DNA of 35,983 nucleotides from Candidatus Eiseniibacteriota bacterium (GTDB lineage Bacteria > Eisenbacteria > RBG-16-71-46 > JAFGJU01): positions 1 through 35,983 of the forward strand of contig JAFGJU010000066.1 in assembly GCA_016928935.1 (NCBI GenBank). Direction: 5' to 3'. Below the pieces are notes generated by a model. It saw only the letters and a program-made list of their open reading frames with translations. It did no database searches and was not told the origin of the DNA. This document shows, one piece after another, positions 1 to 8,356 of this stretch; positions within the stretch are counted from its first letter, which is position 1, and every line of letters starts with the position of its first letter. Position numbers and translations under genes: made by a program.

Positions 1-1278
1 CCGCTGCAGCATTCTGGGGAACGGGATGGCCTCTCTGACGTGCTCGATTCCGCATATCCACGCCACCGTCCTCTCCACTCCCAACCCGAACCCGCCGTGC
101 TTCACAGTGCCGTATCGCCTGAGGTCCAGGTACCACTCGAACGCTTCCCTGGGGAGCTTCTGGGCTTCTATCTGCCTCTCCAAGAGTGCGAGGTCGTCCT
201 CTCTCTGGCCCCCGCCTATTATCTCGCCGTAGCCCTCCGGCGCGATCATGTCCACGGACATGGTGGTCCGCGGGTCTTCGGCGTTCTGCTTCATGTAGAA
301 GGCCTTGCACTCGCGCGGATAGCCCCAGACGAACAACGGCCTGTCGAACCCCGTCGAGAGCTCGGTCTCCTCGGCCGCCCCAAAGTCAGTTCCCCACTCG
401 ACGGCCACGCCCTTCTGCCTGAGCACTCCGATGGCCTCGTCATACTTGAGGCGCGGAAACGGGGCCTTCACGTTCTCCAGTCTCTCGACTGAGCGCTCCA
501 GCCTTGCCAGCTCCGCCCGGCGCTGCTCCAGCACCCGCGCCACCACATAGCAGGTCATGCGTTCCGCCAGCTGTATCACGTCCTCGAGGTCAGCAAACGC
601 CATCTCCGGCTCGACCATCCAGAATTCTATCAGGTGCCGTCTGGTCTTGGACTTCTCGGCCCGGAACGTCGGGCCGAAACAATACACTTTGGCCAGCGCC
701 ATTGCGGCGGCCTCCATGTACAGCTGACCGCTCTGGCTCAAGTAGGCCTTGTCTCCGAAGTAGTCCGTCTCGAAGAGCGTGCTCGTTCCCTCCACCGCCG
801 AGGGCGTGAAGATGGGCGCGTCCACGGCCACAAACCCCTCTGAGTCAAAGAAGTCGCGTATGGCCCTCTCGACCGTGCCTCTGACGAGCAAAATGGCGTG
901 CTGCCGCGCCGACCTGAGCCACAGATGCCTGTGGTCCAGCAAGAAGGAGACCCCGTGCTCCTTCGGCGTTATGGGGTAGTCCGCCGCTATCTGCACGATG
1001 TCCAGGCCCGTCAGCAGGAGCTCAAACCCGCCGGGCGCCCTGCGTTCCTCCCTGACCCTGCCCTTCACTACGACCGAGCTCTCCTGGGTCAACCGGTCAC
1101 ACTTCTCAAATACCTCCTCGGCGACGGCCGCGCGGTCCACCACCGCCTGTATCGTCCCGGTTCCGTCGCGCAACAGGAGAAAGTGGATCTTGCCGCTCGA
1201 CCGCTTGTTGTAGAGCCAGCCCCTCAATTCGACTTCCTCCGACACGAACCTGGATATCTGATTGACGTAAACGTGCAT
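1..1278 (-). CDS. asnS: asparagine--tRNA ligase (C-terminal few codons cut by the window edge)
   Basis: Minus-strand frame open from the ATG at 1278 (preceded by AGGAGAGAG) to position 1. It is absent from the ORF track because its stop lies outside the window. My translation is [41 protein letters not shown] ... [25 protein letters not shown] ... [43 protein letters not shown], which shows class IIb AsnRS hallmarks. Confidence 0.93.
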   Translation of the reverse strand, partial: MHVYVNQISRFVSEEVELRGWLYNKRSSGKIHFLLLRDGTGTIQAVVDRAAVAEEVFEKCDRLTQESSVVVKGRVREERRAPGGFELLLTGLDIVQIAADYPITPKEHGVSFLLDHRHLWLRSARQHAILLVRGTVERAIRDFFDSEGFVAVDAPIFTPSAVEGTSTLFETDYFGDKAYLSQSGQLYMEAAAMALAKVYCFGPTFRAEKSKTRRHLIEFWMVEPEMAFADLEDVIQLAERMTCYVVARVLEQRRAELARLERSVERLENVKAPFPRLKYDEAIGVLRQKGVAVEWGTDFGAAEETELSTGFDRPLFVWGYPRECKAFYMKQNAEDPRTTMSVDMIAPEGYGEIIGGGQREDDLALLERQIEAQKLPREAFEWYLDLRRYGTVKHGGFGLGVERTVAWICGIEHVREAIPFPRMLQR

Positions 1279-1439
1279 GTCTTAGTCTCTCTCCTGCCGG
1301 CCGCCGCGTCCGTGTCGCGGCCCGCCGCCACTGCACCGGGACCTCACGGAATGCACCGGCCGATTTGCCCTGAAACTTAACGGCGTTTGCGCCGGCAGTC
1401 AACCCAAAACTGCTTGCGCCTGCGGGGGGCTATTTTCTC

Positions 1440-1468
1440 TTGACATTGGGAGTTGCACCGAATATTTT
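1440..1468 (+). promoter_or_regulatory. sigma70-like promoter candidate for the TPR/DUF4388 gene pair
   Basis: TTGACA (1440-1445), 17-nt spacer, TATTTT (1463-1468). It sits in the asnS-divergent spacer, 34 nt upstream of the ATG at 1502. It overlaps the TTG-initiated 5' extension of the track ORF (1472), which argues for the 1502 start. Confidence 0.45.
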
Positions 1469-1501
1469 GAGTTGTTTTTTGAGCATGCGAAGAGGAGCGA
1501 C

Positions 1502-3382
1502 ATGACGAAAGCGCTGACCGTCTTCCTGTGCCTTTGCCTTGCGTGCGCCGCCGCAGCGGCCGAGGACGTGAACGTCGCATCTGACCGTCACCTGTCGGAG
1601 CTCAACGAGACCCGGCTCAACAGCGGCATACCCTCCCTTTCGGCTCACGCCCACGCGTTCTACCGCCTGGGAGTCCAGGCCAGAAAGGAAGGCGACTCCG
1701 ATGCCGCGCTCAAGGCGTTCGCCGCCGCCGCCCAACTGGACCCCAACTTCCTGGACCCAAAGTATTCAATTGCCAGGGCCCACCTGTTCAGTGACGCGGG
1801 CCGGACCATTGCCGAACTATCGGCCGTGACGGACGTCCTGAGGCGCGACTTCCTGGCACAGTATTTCCTGCTTCAGAACGTGTTTGCGATGCTGTTCCTC
1901 AGTCTGGCCGTGGCCCTGGCCGTGTTCGTGGTCATGGCCGTCGTCAGGCACGTCGCCGAGCTGAGACACGTCGTCGGGGAAAGACTCTCCGCCGAGATGC
2001 CGCCCAGGGTCGCCGGCTGGCTGGGTGTCTTCGCCGCCCTCCAGCCCTTGCTCTGGGGACTCGGCCTGGCCGGCACCGTCCTCTGTTGTGGAGGAATCCT
2101 CTGGAGCTGCATGAGCAAGAGAGAGAGGTTCTTCACCGCCGTCTTCCTGGCGCTCGTCGTGACCGCGCCCGTGACGTCCCTTCAGATGGCCAGGAGATTC
2201 CCCCCGCTGGGCTACCAGTCCCCTACGTACGTGTCGTACGCCGCCCTCAGGGACGGCTGGAGCGAGCAGCACGAGAAGGCCTTGCTGAGGTCCATCCAGA
2301 GCCACCCGGAAGAAGCGTCACACCATTTCGTGTACGGCACCATGGCGAGGAGGGCGGCCCGCCTAGGCATAGCGAGGACCGAACTGGAACGAGCAGTCGA
2401 GCTCGCCCCCGGCGAGGCGCGATACATCAACAACCTCGGCAACGTCTACTTCAACCTGGGCGACTTCGACACGGCCGAGAAGTGGTATCGCAAGGCCGTC
2501 AGCGCGGACCCTTCCCTGCCCCAGTCGCACTACAACCTGGGTCAGGTGTTCACGAAGAGGCTCATGTTCGAGGAGGCCAACGCGGAAATCGCCACGGCGA
2601 AACAGTTGGACGGAGAGCTGATAAACGACTTCTCGTTGAATAGTCGCGAACAACTGAACCGGAGCGTCATCGACGCCGGCCTTTCACTATCCCGTTTGTG
2701 GAGCGCGCTTCGCGCGGAGGGGGCCGGGTTCCAGACGTCCGAGGCCCTGGAGCCGGCCTTGCGGTTTCTGGGTGTGGGGCGACAACGGAGAAGCGTCACG
2801 ATCGCGTTCTTCTTCGCGTTGAGCCTTGTGGCGAGCGGCCTGGTCTTCCGCAACCTCAAGACCTACAGGTGCACCAACTGCGGCAAGATAGTCTGCCGGA
2901 AGTGCCTCTCGAGGGCGCAGAAGCAGATCTACTGCCTCAAGTGCGCTGTGGCCGCGACCTCCCTCAAGTCGCCCGAGTTCACCAGGCTGCTCCTGGCGAA
3001 CCAGCTCCAGCTGGAGACGAGAAGGTTGAGGCCGTTCTCGACTGCCGCGGCTGTTGTGCTGCCGGGCTTCAGGCTGGTCCAGGCCGGATACGCCATTTCC
3101 GGATTCCTCGTCGTCCTCCTCTGTACCGCCGTGGCCGTCTGCATCGCTGTCCGAGGCTACTGGGTGGACTACCTGCCTTCTCTTCCCTACGAGACCCAGG
3201 GCGTGGTAACATATTCGATGTTGCTCGTGCCGGCGGTCCTCATACACGCGCTGACGCTCTCCTGGTTGACCAGGAAGGCGAAGAGCCGCCAGCCGCAACT
3301 CAGAGTCATCCGGACTCAAACCCCGGGGAAATCTGTCGGAGATGGCGCTACAGGGAAACCTACAAGATTTCAGTCTGGTTGA
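1502..3382 (+). CDS. TPR-repeat polytopic membrane protein with an internal Cys-rich zinc-ribbon; function unknown
   Basis: ATG at 1502 follows GAGGAG (1492-1497). Signal-like N-terminus MTKALTVFLCLCLACAAAAA. TPR-like segments include YRLGVQARKEGDSDAALKAFAAAAQLDPNF and YINNLGNVYFNLGDFDTAEKWYRKAVSADPSLPQSHYNLGQVF. There are at least 6 hydrophobic helices. Zinc-ribbon motif CTNCGKIVCRKCLSRAQKQIYCLKC lies between helices. Confidence 0.75.
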   Translation: MTKALTVFLCLCLACAAAAAEDVNVASDRHLSELNETRLNSGIPSLSAHAHAFYRLGVQARKEGDSDAALKAFAAAAQLDPNFLDPKYSIARAHLFSDAGRTIAELSAVTDVLRRDFLAQYFLLQNVFAMLFLSLAVALAVFVVMAVVRHVAELRHVVGERLSAEMPPRVAGWLGVFAALQPLLWGLGLAGTVLCCGGILWSCMSKRERFFTAVFLALVVTAPVTSLQMARRFPPLGYQSPTYVSYAALRDGWSEQHEKALLRSIQSHPEEASHHFVYGTMARRAARLGIARTELERAVELAPGEARYINNLGNVYFNLGDFDTAEKWYRKAVSADPSLPQSHYNLGQVFTKRLMFEEANAEIATAKQLDGELINDFSLNSREQLNRSVIDAGLSLSRLWSALRAEGAGFQTSEALEPALRFLGVGRQRRSVTIAFFFALSLVASGLVFRNLKTYRCTNCGKIVCRKCLSRAQKQIYCLKCAVAATSLKSPEFTRLLLANQLQLETRRLRPFSTAAAVVLPGFRLVQAGYAISGFLVVLLCTAVAVCIAVRGYWVDYLPSLPYETQGVVTYSMLLVPAVLIHALTLSWLTRKAKSRQPQLRVIRTQTPGKSVGDGATGKPTRFQSG

Positions 3383-4406
3383 GATCCTCCAGCTCATCGC
3401 TGTACAGAGGAAGTCAGGAGTCCTGAGACTCTCGTCGGGACCGAACGTCGCCGTGCTGTTTTTCGAGAAGGGCAACGTTGTCGCGCTGTCCGACAGGCGG
3501 GACCGCGAGAAGAAGTCAGAGCCGCTCCTGCACTTCCTGCGCACCACCGGCAGGCTCAGCAACGAACATGCCGAGCAGGTGGGCGCCATCCGCACCCAGA
3601 GCAAGAAGGAGCTGCCTGAAATCATCATCGGCGGCGGCTACATGAGCGCCAAACAGCTCACCGAAGCCATCGAACAGTTCGCCAGAGAGCTCCTTCCGAG
3701 CCTCCTGACCTGGAAGAGAGGCACGTACGTCTTTTCGGGCGACGAGAGAACCGTCTCCAGGTTGTACCTCAAGGTTCCGATGCGCACCGAGGCCCTTCTG
3801 ATGGAATGCATGAGGAGGATCGACGAGAGTGCGAGAATGAAGGAGCTGTATTCTCCCTCTCTGATACTGCGCCCCACGGGCAAGGAGCCCCCCGAGGAAC
3901 TGGGCGAACATGAGAAGAAGGCCCTGCCCCTCGCGGACGGCAAGACGCCCATCTACGACATCGTGGTGAAGTCCAGGCTCGGCGAGTTCCGCACCTACGA
4001 GGCGCTGGATCGGCTGGTCGAGACCGGCCTCATCGAGATCACCGATCAGACGGCGGAACCGCCGGGGAGAGAGCCTTCCGTGGAGGTCGGGGCCAAGGTT
4101 CGGCTCGTCTCGGCTCTGAGGATAGCCCTGGTCGTCGCGGCCCTTACGGCCGCGAGTCTGGGCGTGAGGTGGGCGGTCGCCAAGTTCGAGGCCGTGGCCG
4201 AGTCCTCGTATGCCCCACCCGGGCGCGCTGAGAAGGTGCGCGAGGAGGACGTACGGCTGGCCATCGAGGTCTACAAGGCCGCGAAGGGTGTCTACCCGGA
4301 CGACCTGCGGCAGCTCGTATCCGAGGGCTTGGCGGTGGAGGCGACACCCAGCAACTTCAACTACGCGAAGACCCCGAAGGGTTTTGCCCTACAGCGCAAG
4401 CAGTGA
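3342..4406 (+). CDS. DUF4388 (PATAN-like) domain protein with a C-terminal TM helix and a short pseudopilin (GspG)-like tail
   Basis: ATG at 3342. The N-terminus MALQGNLQDFSLVEILQLIAVQRKSGVLRL...FFEKGNVV is the characteristic DUF4388 opening. TM segment LVSALRIALVVAALTAASLGV. The tail EDVRLAIEVYKAAKGVYPDDLRQLVSEGL resembles the globular-domain signature of type II secretion pseudopilins. It overlaps the upstream gene by 41 nt. Confidence 0.75.
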   Translation: MALQGNLQDFSLVEILQLIAVQRKSGVLRLSSGPNVAVLFFEKGNVVALSDRRDREKKSEPLLHFLRTTGRLSNEHAEQVGAIRTQSKKELPEIIIGGGYMSAKQLTEAIEQFARELLPSLLTWKRGTYVFSGDERTVSRLYLKVPMRTEALLMECMRRIDESARMKELYSPSLILRPTGKEPPEELGEHEKKALPLADGKTPIYDIVVKSRLGEFRTYEALDRLVETGLIEITDQTAEPPGREPSVEVGAKVRLVSALRIALVVAALTAASLGVRWAVAKFEAVAESSYAPPGRAEKVREEDVRLAIEVYKAAKGVYPDDLRQLVSEGLAVEATPSNFNYAKTPKGFALQRKQ

Positions 4407-4439
4407 CCCGCCCGGCTGCTGGGCTCGCTCGGAAAAGCC

Positions 4440-5444
4440 TCACCTCCCGGTCAGCGTGGGATAGTTCAGCGCGAAGCGCATAGAATAATACAACCGCGCG
4501 AGCCCCATCAACACCAACACGGCCAGAAGGAAACCCGGGAAGGCCAAGCCCGACATGAGGACGAAGACCGACGAGGAGGCCCTGTAGGCCACCTTTACAG
4601 CGCGCTCAGTGCGCTTCGCGCATGCGTAGGCGAACAGCGGCAGCGAGACTGCCGCGGCCACCAACACCAATCGGTTGCTGGTGAGAAGGCTCAGCGGCAC
4701 GGCCGCGGCCAAAAGCACCAGGGCCAGCAGAGGACCACGCTCCACTCCCAGTGTCACGCCTGTAGTCCTGAAGCCGCTCCGCCTGTCCCCCATTCTGTCG
4801 TGCACGGCCGTGAGCGTGAACACTCCCCCCACGCACAGAGCCAGGGGCGCCGACCTCGCGACCGCGTTGAGGCCCGGGGTGGAGGCCAGCGACCAACCGG
4901 TCAGGAATGCCACCGTGCCGTACCCGACCGCGTTAGCGAGGAGGTCCAGCGGAAACAGGCGCTTCAGGGCCAGGGGCGGAACCGAGTAAGCCATGCCGAG
5001 CACGAAGGACAGGGCGAACAGCAGAACGGTGGTCTGACCGCATCTCGCGCCTCCGGCCAAGCCCAGGGCCAGGAGCGCCGCCGCCACACCCCACGCCTCT
5101 CTCCTCGAGACTATTCCCCTCGGTATCAGAAACAGCTTATCGTTCGCCGAGTCGCTCTCGGCGTCGTAGACCTGGTTCACGACGTAAACCGAGGCCATCA
5201 ACAGAGCGTACGACACGACCCCGAGCCAGGGGTGCACCGGCCCCTGATGGCCCGGCCACGAGTCGCGGGCCGAGAGAAGCGCTCTGACGCGGCCGGGCCA
5301 AGCGTCCCCGCCCTGCAACACTGCTTCGGCGTAGCCCAGCAGGAAGAACGTCGCGGCGGGGACCGTCACGAGGGGCCTCAGAAGGAAGAATCGGTCGGCG
5401 AGCACGACGACCGCCTTCTTGAGGGCGGTCTTAAGACTTTTCAT
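4440..5444 (-). CDS. UbiA-family polyprenyltransferase (substrate unknown)
   Basis: 334 aa and polytopic. First Asp-rich motif NQVYDAESDSANDK (NxxxDxxxD) and second motif HDRMGDRRSG (DxxxD). The ATG at 5444 overlaps the gmhB stop (5431-5433) by 14 nt. Confidence 0.8.
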   Translation of the reverse strand: MKSLKTALKKAVVVLADRFFLLRPLVTVPAATFFLLGYAEAVLQGGDAWPGRVRALLSARDSWPGHQGPVHPWLGVVSYALLMASVYVVNQVYDAESDSANDKLFLIPRGIVSRREAWGVAAALLALGLAGGARCGQTTVLLFALSFVLGMAYSVPPLALKRLFPLDLLANAVGYGTVAFLTGWSLASTPGLNAVARSAPLALCVGGVFTLTAVHDRMGDRRSGFRTTGVTLGVERGPLLALVLLAAAVPLSLLTSNRLVLVAAAVSLPLFAYACAKRTERAVKVAYRASSSVFVLMSGLAFPGFLLAVLVLMGLARLYYSMRFALNYPTLTGR

Positions 5445-6030
5445 CCAATATCCATTCGACCGCCTGGGCGAGGTCGTCGCACACCCTGTCGGCTGTCCTC
5501 ATGATTTCCGCCTGATGCTCCTGCATCTCCCTCTCCCCATACCCCGTGCGCACGAACACGGTCGAGGCACCGGCCGCCTTGCCGGCCTGCAGGTCTATCA
5601 AGCGGTCCCCTACCATGAAGCTCCTCCCCAGGTCTATTCCCATGTCCTCCGAAGCCTTGAGCAGCAGGCCCGGCTTGGGCTTTCTGCAGTCGCATTCGGC
5701 GCCGAACTCCGGGTGATGGGGGCAGTAGTAGGCGGCGTCCACAAACGCGCCCTCCGCCCCGAGCAGCTCCACGAACCGGTCGTGGACCCTGTCCAGGTCG
5801 CCGACGGTGAAGAGCCCTCTCGCCACCCCAGCCTGATTGGAGATGACCACGACCGGTATGCCCAGCTTGTTGAGCTTCGATAACGACGCGGCCGCGTCGG
5901 GGATGAGTTTGACTCCATCGGGGTCGGACTGGTACCCGATCTCTTCAATGACCGTGCCGTCCCTGTCCACGAAGACCGCCCAGCTCGTCCTCTTCTGCCC
6001 GCGCGCCCCCTCGGACCGCTTGCTCAGCAT
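5431..6030 (-). CDS. gmhB: D-glycero-D-manno-heptose 1,7-bisphosphate 7-phosphatase (HAD-IIIA)
   Basis: Motifs AVFVDRDGTVIEE (HAD motif I), VVVISNQAGVARG, the zinc loop YYCPHHP...CDCRKPKPGLL, and MVGDRLIDLQAGKAAGA. The ATG at 6030 is preceded by GGAGAGAGG. The track ORF starts at an upstream GTG (6045). Confidence 0.85.
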   Translation of the reverse strand: MLSKRSEGARGQKRTSWAVFVDRDGTVIEEIGYQSDPDGVKLIPDAAASLSKLNKLGIPVVVISNQAGVARGLFTVGDLDRVHDRFVELLGAEGAFVDAAYYCPHHPEFGAECDCRKPKPGLLLKASEDMGIDLGRSFMVGDRLIDLQAGKAAGASTVFVRTGYGEREMQEHQAEIMRTADRVCDDLAQAVEWILDEKS

Positions 6031-6070
6031 GCGACCTCTCTCCACCGGCCCGCCGCCTCGACCGTCTCAG

Positions 6071-8356
6071 TCAGTCCGGCCCCGGCCTCAGACCAAACGT
6101 CAAACGCCGCCTCAGCTTCAGCGCAACCTCGTGGACTGACTCCGCGTCTATCCCGGTGAGGCACTCCAGATGGTAGGGACACCTGTCCATGAAACACGGA
6201 GAACACGAGACCCTCTTCTGCACGACGGCCACTGCGTCGCCTCTGGGGGCCGTCCAACTGGGGTCCGTGGAGCCGACTACGACAACCACGGGGCAGCCGA
6301 CTGCCGCAGCGACGTGCGCCGCGCCCGAGTCGTTGCCCACGAATATGCCGGCCATCGCGGACAGGGCCGCCAGCTCGCCCAGGCTCGTCTCACCCGCCAG
6401 GTTGAGCACAGACACGCGGCTCTGCCGTCCTATCGACTCGCAGAGGTCTCTTTCGGAGGCGGTCCCCACCAGGACCACCTGCGCCTGCTCCGACCTGCCC
6501 AGCAGCTCCCCGAGCCTCATGTACGCCGCCGGAGGCCACGCCTTGGTCTCCCCGTACGTCGCGCCCGGCGCCAGCAGCACCAGACTGGAACCTTCCCTCA
6601 CGCCTCTGAGCTCGAGCAGCCGCCGAACCCTCTCCACGTCCGCCTCAACGACCGGCATGCGCACACGGCCGTCGTACTCGGCGTCCGGCGGGAGGAGGTG
6701 TGAGTATTGCTCACAAAGATGTAGCCAGCGAGGCTTGGCGAGCCGCGTCGTGAGAAGCGCCCCCCTCATCTCGCTCCCGAAGCCCACCCGCCGGGGCACG
6801 CCGGCCAGCCGCAGCTGCAAGGCCGAGGCGAACGAATCGGGCATGGCAACTCCCAGGCTGCATCCACGCCTCCTGAGCCTTATCGCCGCGGCCACGAGCG
6901 AGGGCCAGCGGCTGGAGCTCATCACAAGGATCTCATTCGCGAGGTCGCCCTTCCGGAACAGTCCGGCCACCCGTTTGTGAGCGACGAGCACGAGCCTCCC
7001 GGGCGTCACCAGTCTGCTGAGAGCGGTCAGGGTGGGAACGGCCATGACGGCGTCTCCAACCCAGTTGGGGACTCTGACCGCAACGACGCCGGTCTCGGGC
7101 ACCGTCCATTCCCGTTTCGACCGCTCGGACGCAGTCTGTTTCACCCTGAAGTGCGGCGACTCGAGCGTGTCCGACACACGCCCGGGATTGGGACGCGTCC
7201 TGCCGGCGACGACGGCCTCCACCGCGTCCCCCACCTCCTCCACCCTCACTGACTCCATGCATATCAAGCGGCCATTCCTGCACTCCTCGCTGCCGTGGAC
7301 GTCACACGGCTTGCAGTCGAACTCGTTCGAGAACACCACCGACCTCCCCTCCGGCGGGAAGAAACCGAATTCCGGAGTGGTAGGACCGAAGATGGCCACG
7401 ACGGGCGTGTCCACGGAATGCGCCACGTGCGCCAGCCCGGAATCGTTCGACACTACGCACGCGCAGTGAGCCATGGCCGAAGCCACGGTCCTCAGGTCCC
7501 CAGAGATGAATCGCATTCCGTGCTCGGGCTCGACGGCGCCCCGGAGAACCGCCACGCCCCCGGGCTTCTGGGGCCCGTCTTCAATCGCCCGCTTCCCGCC
7601 CTCCAACATCACCCCCAACCTGGCACCCACCCTGATAAGCGACCTCAGAGAGCCTATCGTGGGCTCGTCCGAGGGCCCGCCGAGCACCGCCACCCGAAAA
7701 CCACGCTCCACGAGCCGGTGCGCCAGCGAGACCACCCTGTCCTCACCCCACATCTTCGTCTTCCACCTGGCGCCGGGGCAAACACCGACCACGGGCCGGG
7801 AGTCCGCAGGCGTGCCCGCCTCCGGTGCCCGCGGTTCATGGACGAGACGGAAGCCGGCTTCTCTCTCCCGTTCAGTCAGGTAGATGCGAGGCCTGAGAGC
7901 GAGCATCGGTCCGAACAGCCTCTGGAGGCCGGCCAGGTAGCGCTGGACCACGTGTCTCGGCACGGTCGGACGCAAGCTCTTGAACCGTACCATTCCGTGT
8001 CTCGACAGCGAGTCCTTCCGCCCTCTGACCAGCTTCCTGGGAGAGGCGAGACGGGAGAGCAGGACGGAGCGGAGGTTTGACTGCAGGTCGACCACGAGGT
8101 CGAACCGCCGCGCCTTGAGTTCCCTTCCCAATCTCAGGGTGGCCAGGACCGCGTGCCCGCGGCCGCCGGTGGTCAGCACCTCGTCTACGCTGGGGTTGTT
8201 GAGAAGGACGGGCGTGTACTCGGGCTTGGTCACAAAAGTCACATGAGTCCCGGGCGCGAGCGCCTTCAGAGAGCGCGGCACGGCGGAGGCCAGCACCACG
8301 TCTCCGAGTGAACTCAGCCTGATGACGAGCGTCTTGAGCGGGACTCGTTGGTTCAC
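6071..8356 (-). CDS. tandem double glycosyltransferase family 9 protein (two ADP-heptose:LPS heptosyltransferase modules fused)
   Basis: 761 aa. Module 1 has LVIRLSSLGDVVLASAVPRSLK ... VSNDSGLAHVAHSVDTPVVAIFGPT ... CKPC. Module 2 has VRVPNWVGDAVMAVPTL ... MPDSFASALQLRLAGVPRRVGF ... LNLAGETSLGELAALSAMAGIFVGNDSGAAHVAAAVGCPVV ... CSPC and is WaaF-like. The GTG start overlaps the msbA stop (GTGA). Confidence 0.85.
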   Translation of the reverse strand: MNQRVPLKTLVIRLSSLGDVVLASAVPRSLKALAPGTHVTFVTKPEYTPVLLNNPSVDEVLTTGGRGHAVLATLRLGRELKARRFDLVVDLQSNLRSVLLSRLASPRKLVRGRKDSLSRHGMVRFKSLRPTVPRHVVQRYLAGLQRLFGPMLALRPRIYLTEREREAGFRLVHEPRAPEAGTPADSRPVVGVCPGARWKTKMWGEDRVVSLAHRLVERGFRVAVLGGPSDEPTIGSLRSLIRVGARLGVMLEGGKRAIEDGPQKPGGVAVLRGAVEPEHGMRFISGDLRTVASAMAHCACVVSNDSGLAHVAHSVDTPVVAIFGPTTPEFGFFPPEGRSVVFSNEFDCKPCDVHGSEECRNGRLICMESVRVEEVGDAVEAVVAGRTRPNPGRVSDTLESPHFRVKQTASERSKREWTVPETGVVAVRVPNWVGDAVMAVPTLTALSRLVTPGRLVLVAHKRVAGLFRKGDLANEILVMSSSRWPSLVAAAIRLRRRGCSLGVAMPDSFASALQLRLAGVPRRVGFGSEMRGALLTTRLAKPRWLHLCEQYSHLLPPDAEYDGRVRMPVVEADVERVRRLLELRGVREGSSLVLLAPGATYGETKAWPPAAYMRLGELLGRSEQAQVVLVGTASERDLCESIGRQSRVSVLNLAGETSLGELAALSAMAGIFVGNDSGAAHVAAAVGCPVVVVVGSTDPSWTAPRGDAVAVVQKRVSCSPCFMDRCPYHLECLTGIDAESVHEVALKLRRRLTFGLRPGPD

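Noticed and set aside
1472-1501. 5'-extended starts in the ORF track: 1472, 32737, 27961, 28601, 10750, 17774, 24347, 21121, 6045 and 30593.
   Set aside because: Where checked (1472, 32737, 27961, 21121, 6045), the track start is TTG or GTG rendered as M. The extensions are Arg-rich or overlap the upstream gene or a promoter. Downstream ATG/GTG codons with clear Shine-Dalgarno sequences, or a proper signal peptide, give better models.
4407-4439. The convergent junction between the DUF4388 gene and the UbiA gene was examined for a bidirectional terminator.
   Set aside because: Only a weak GCCC/GGGC stem is present in 33 nt, with no U/A tracts. That is not enough to call a terminator.
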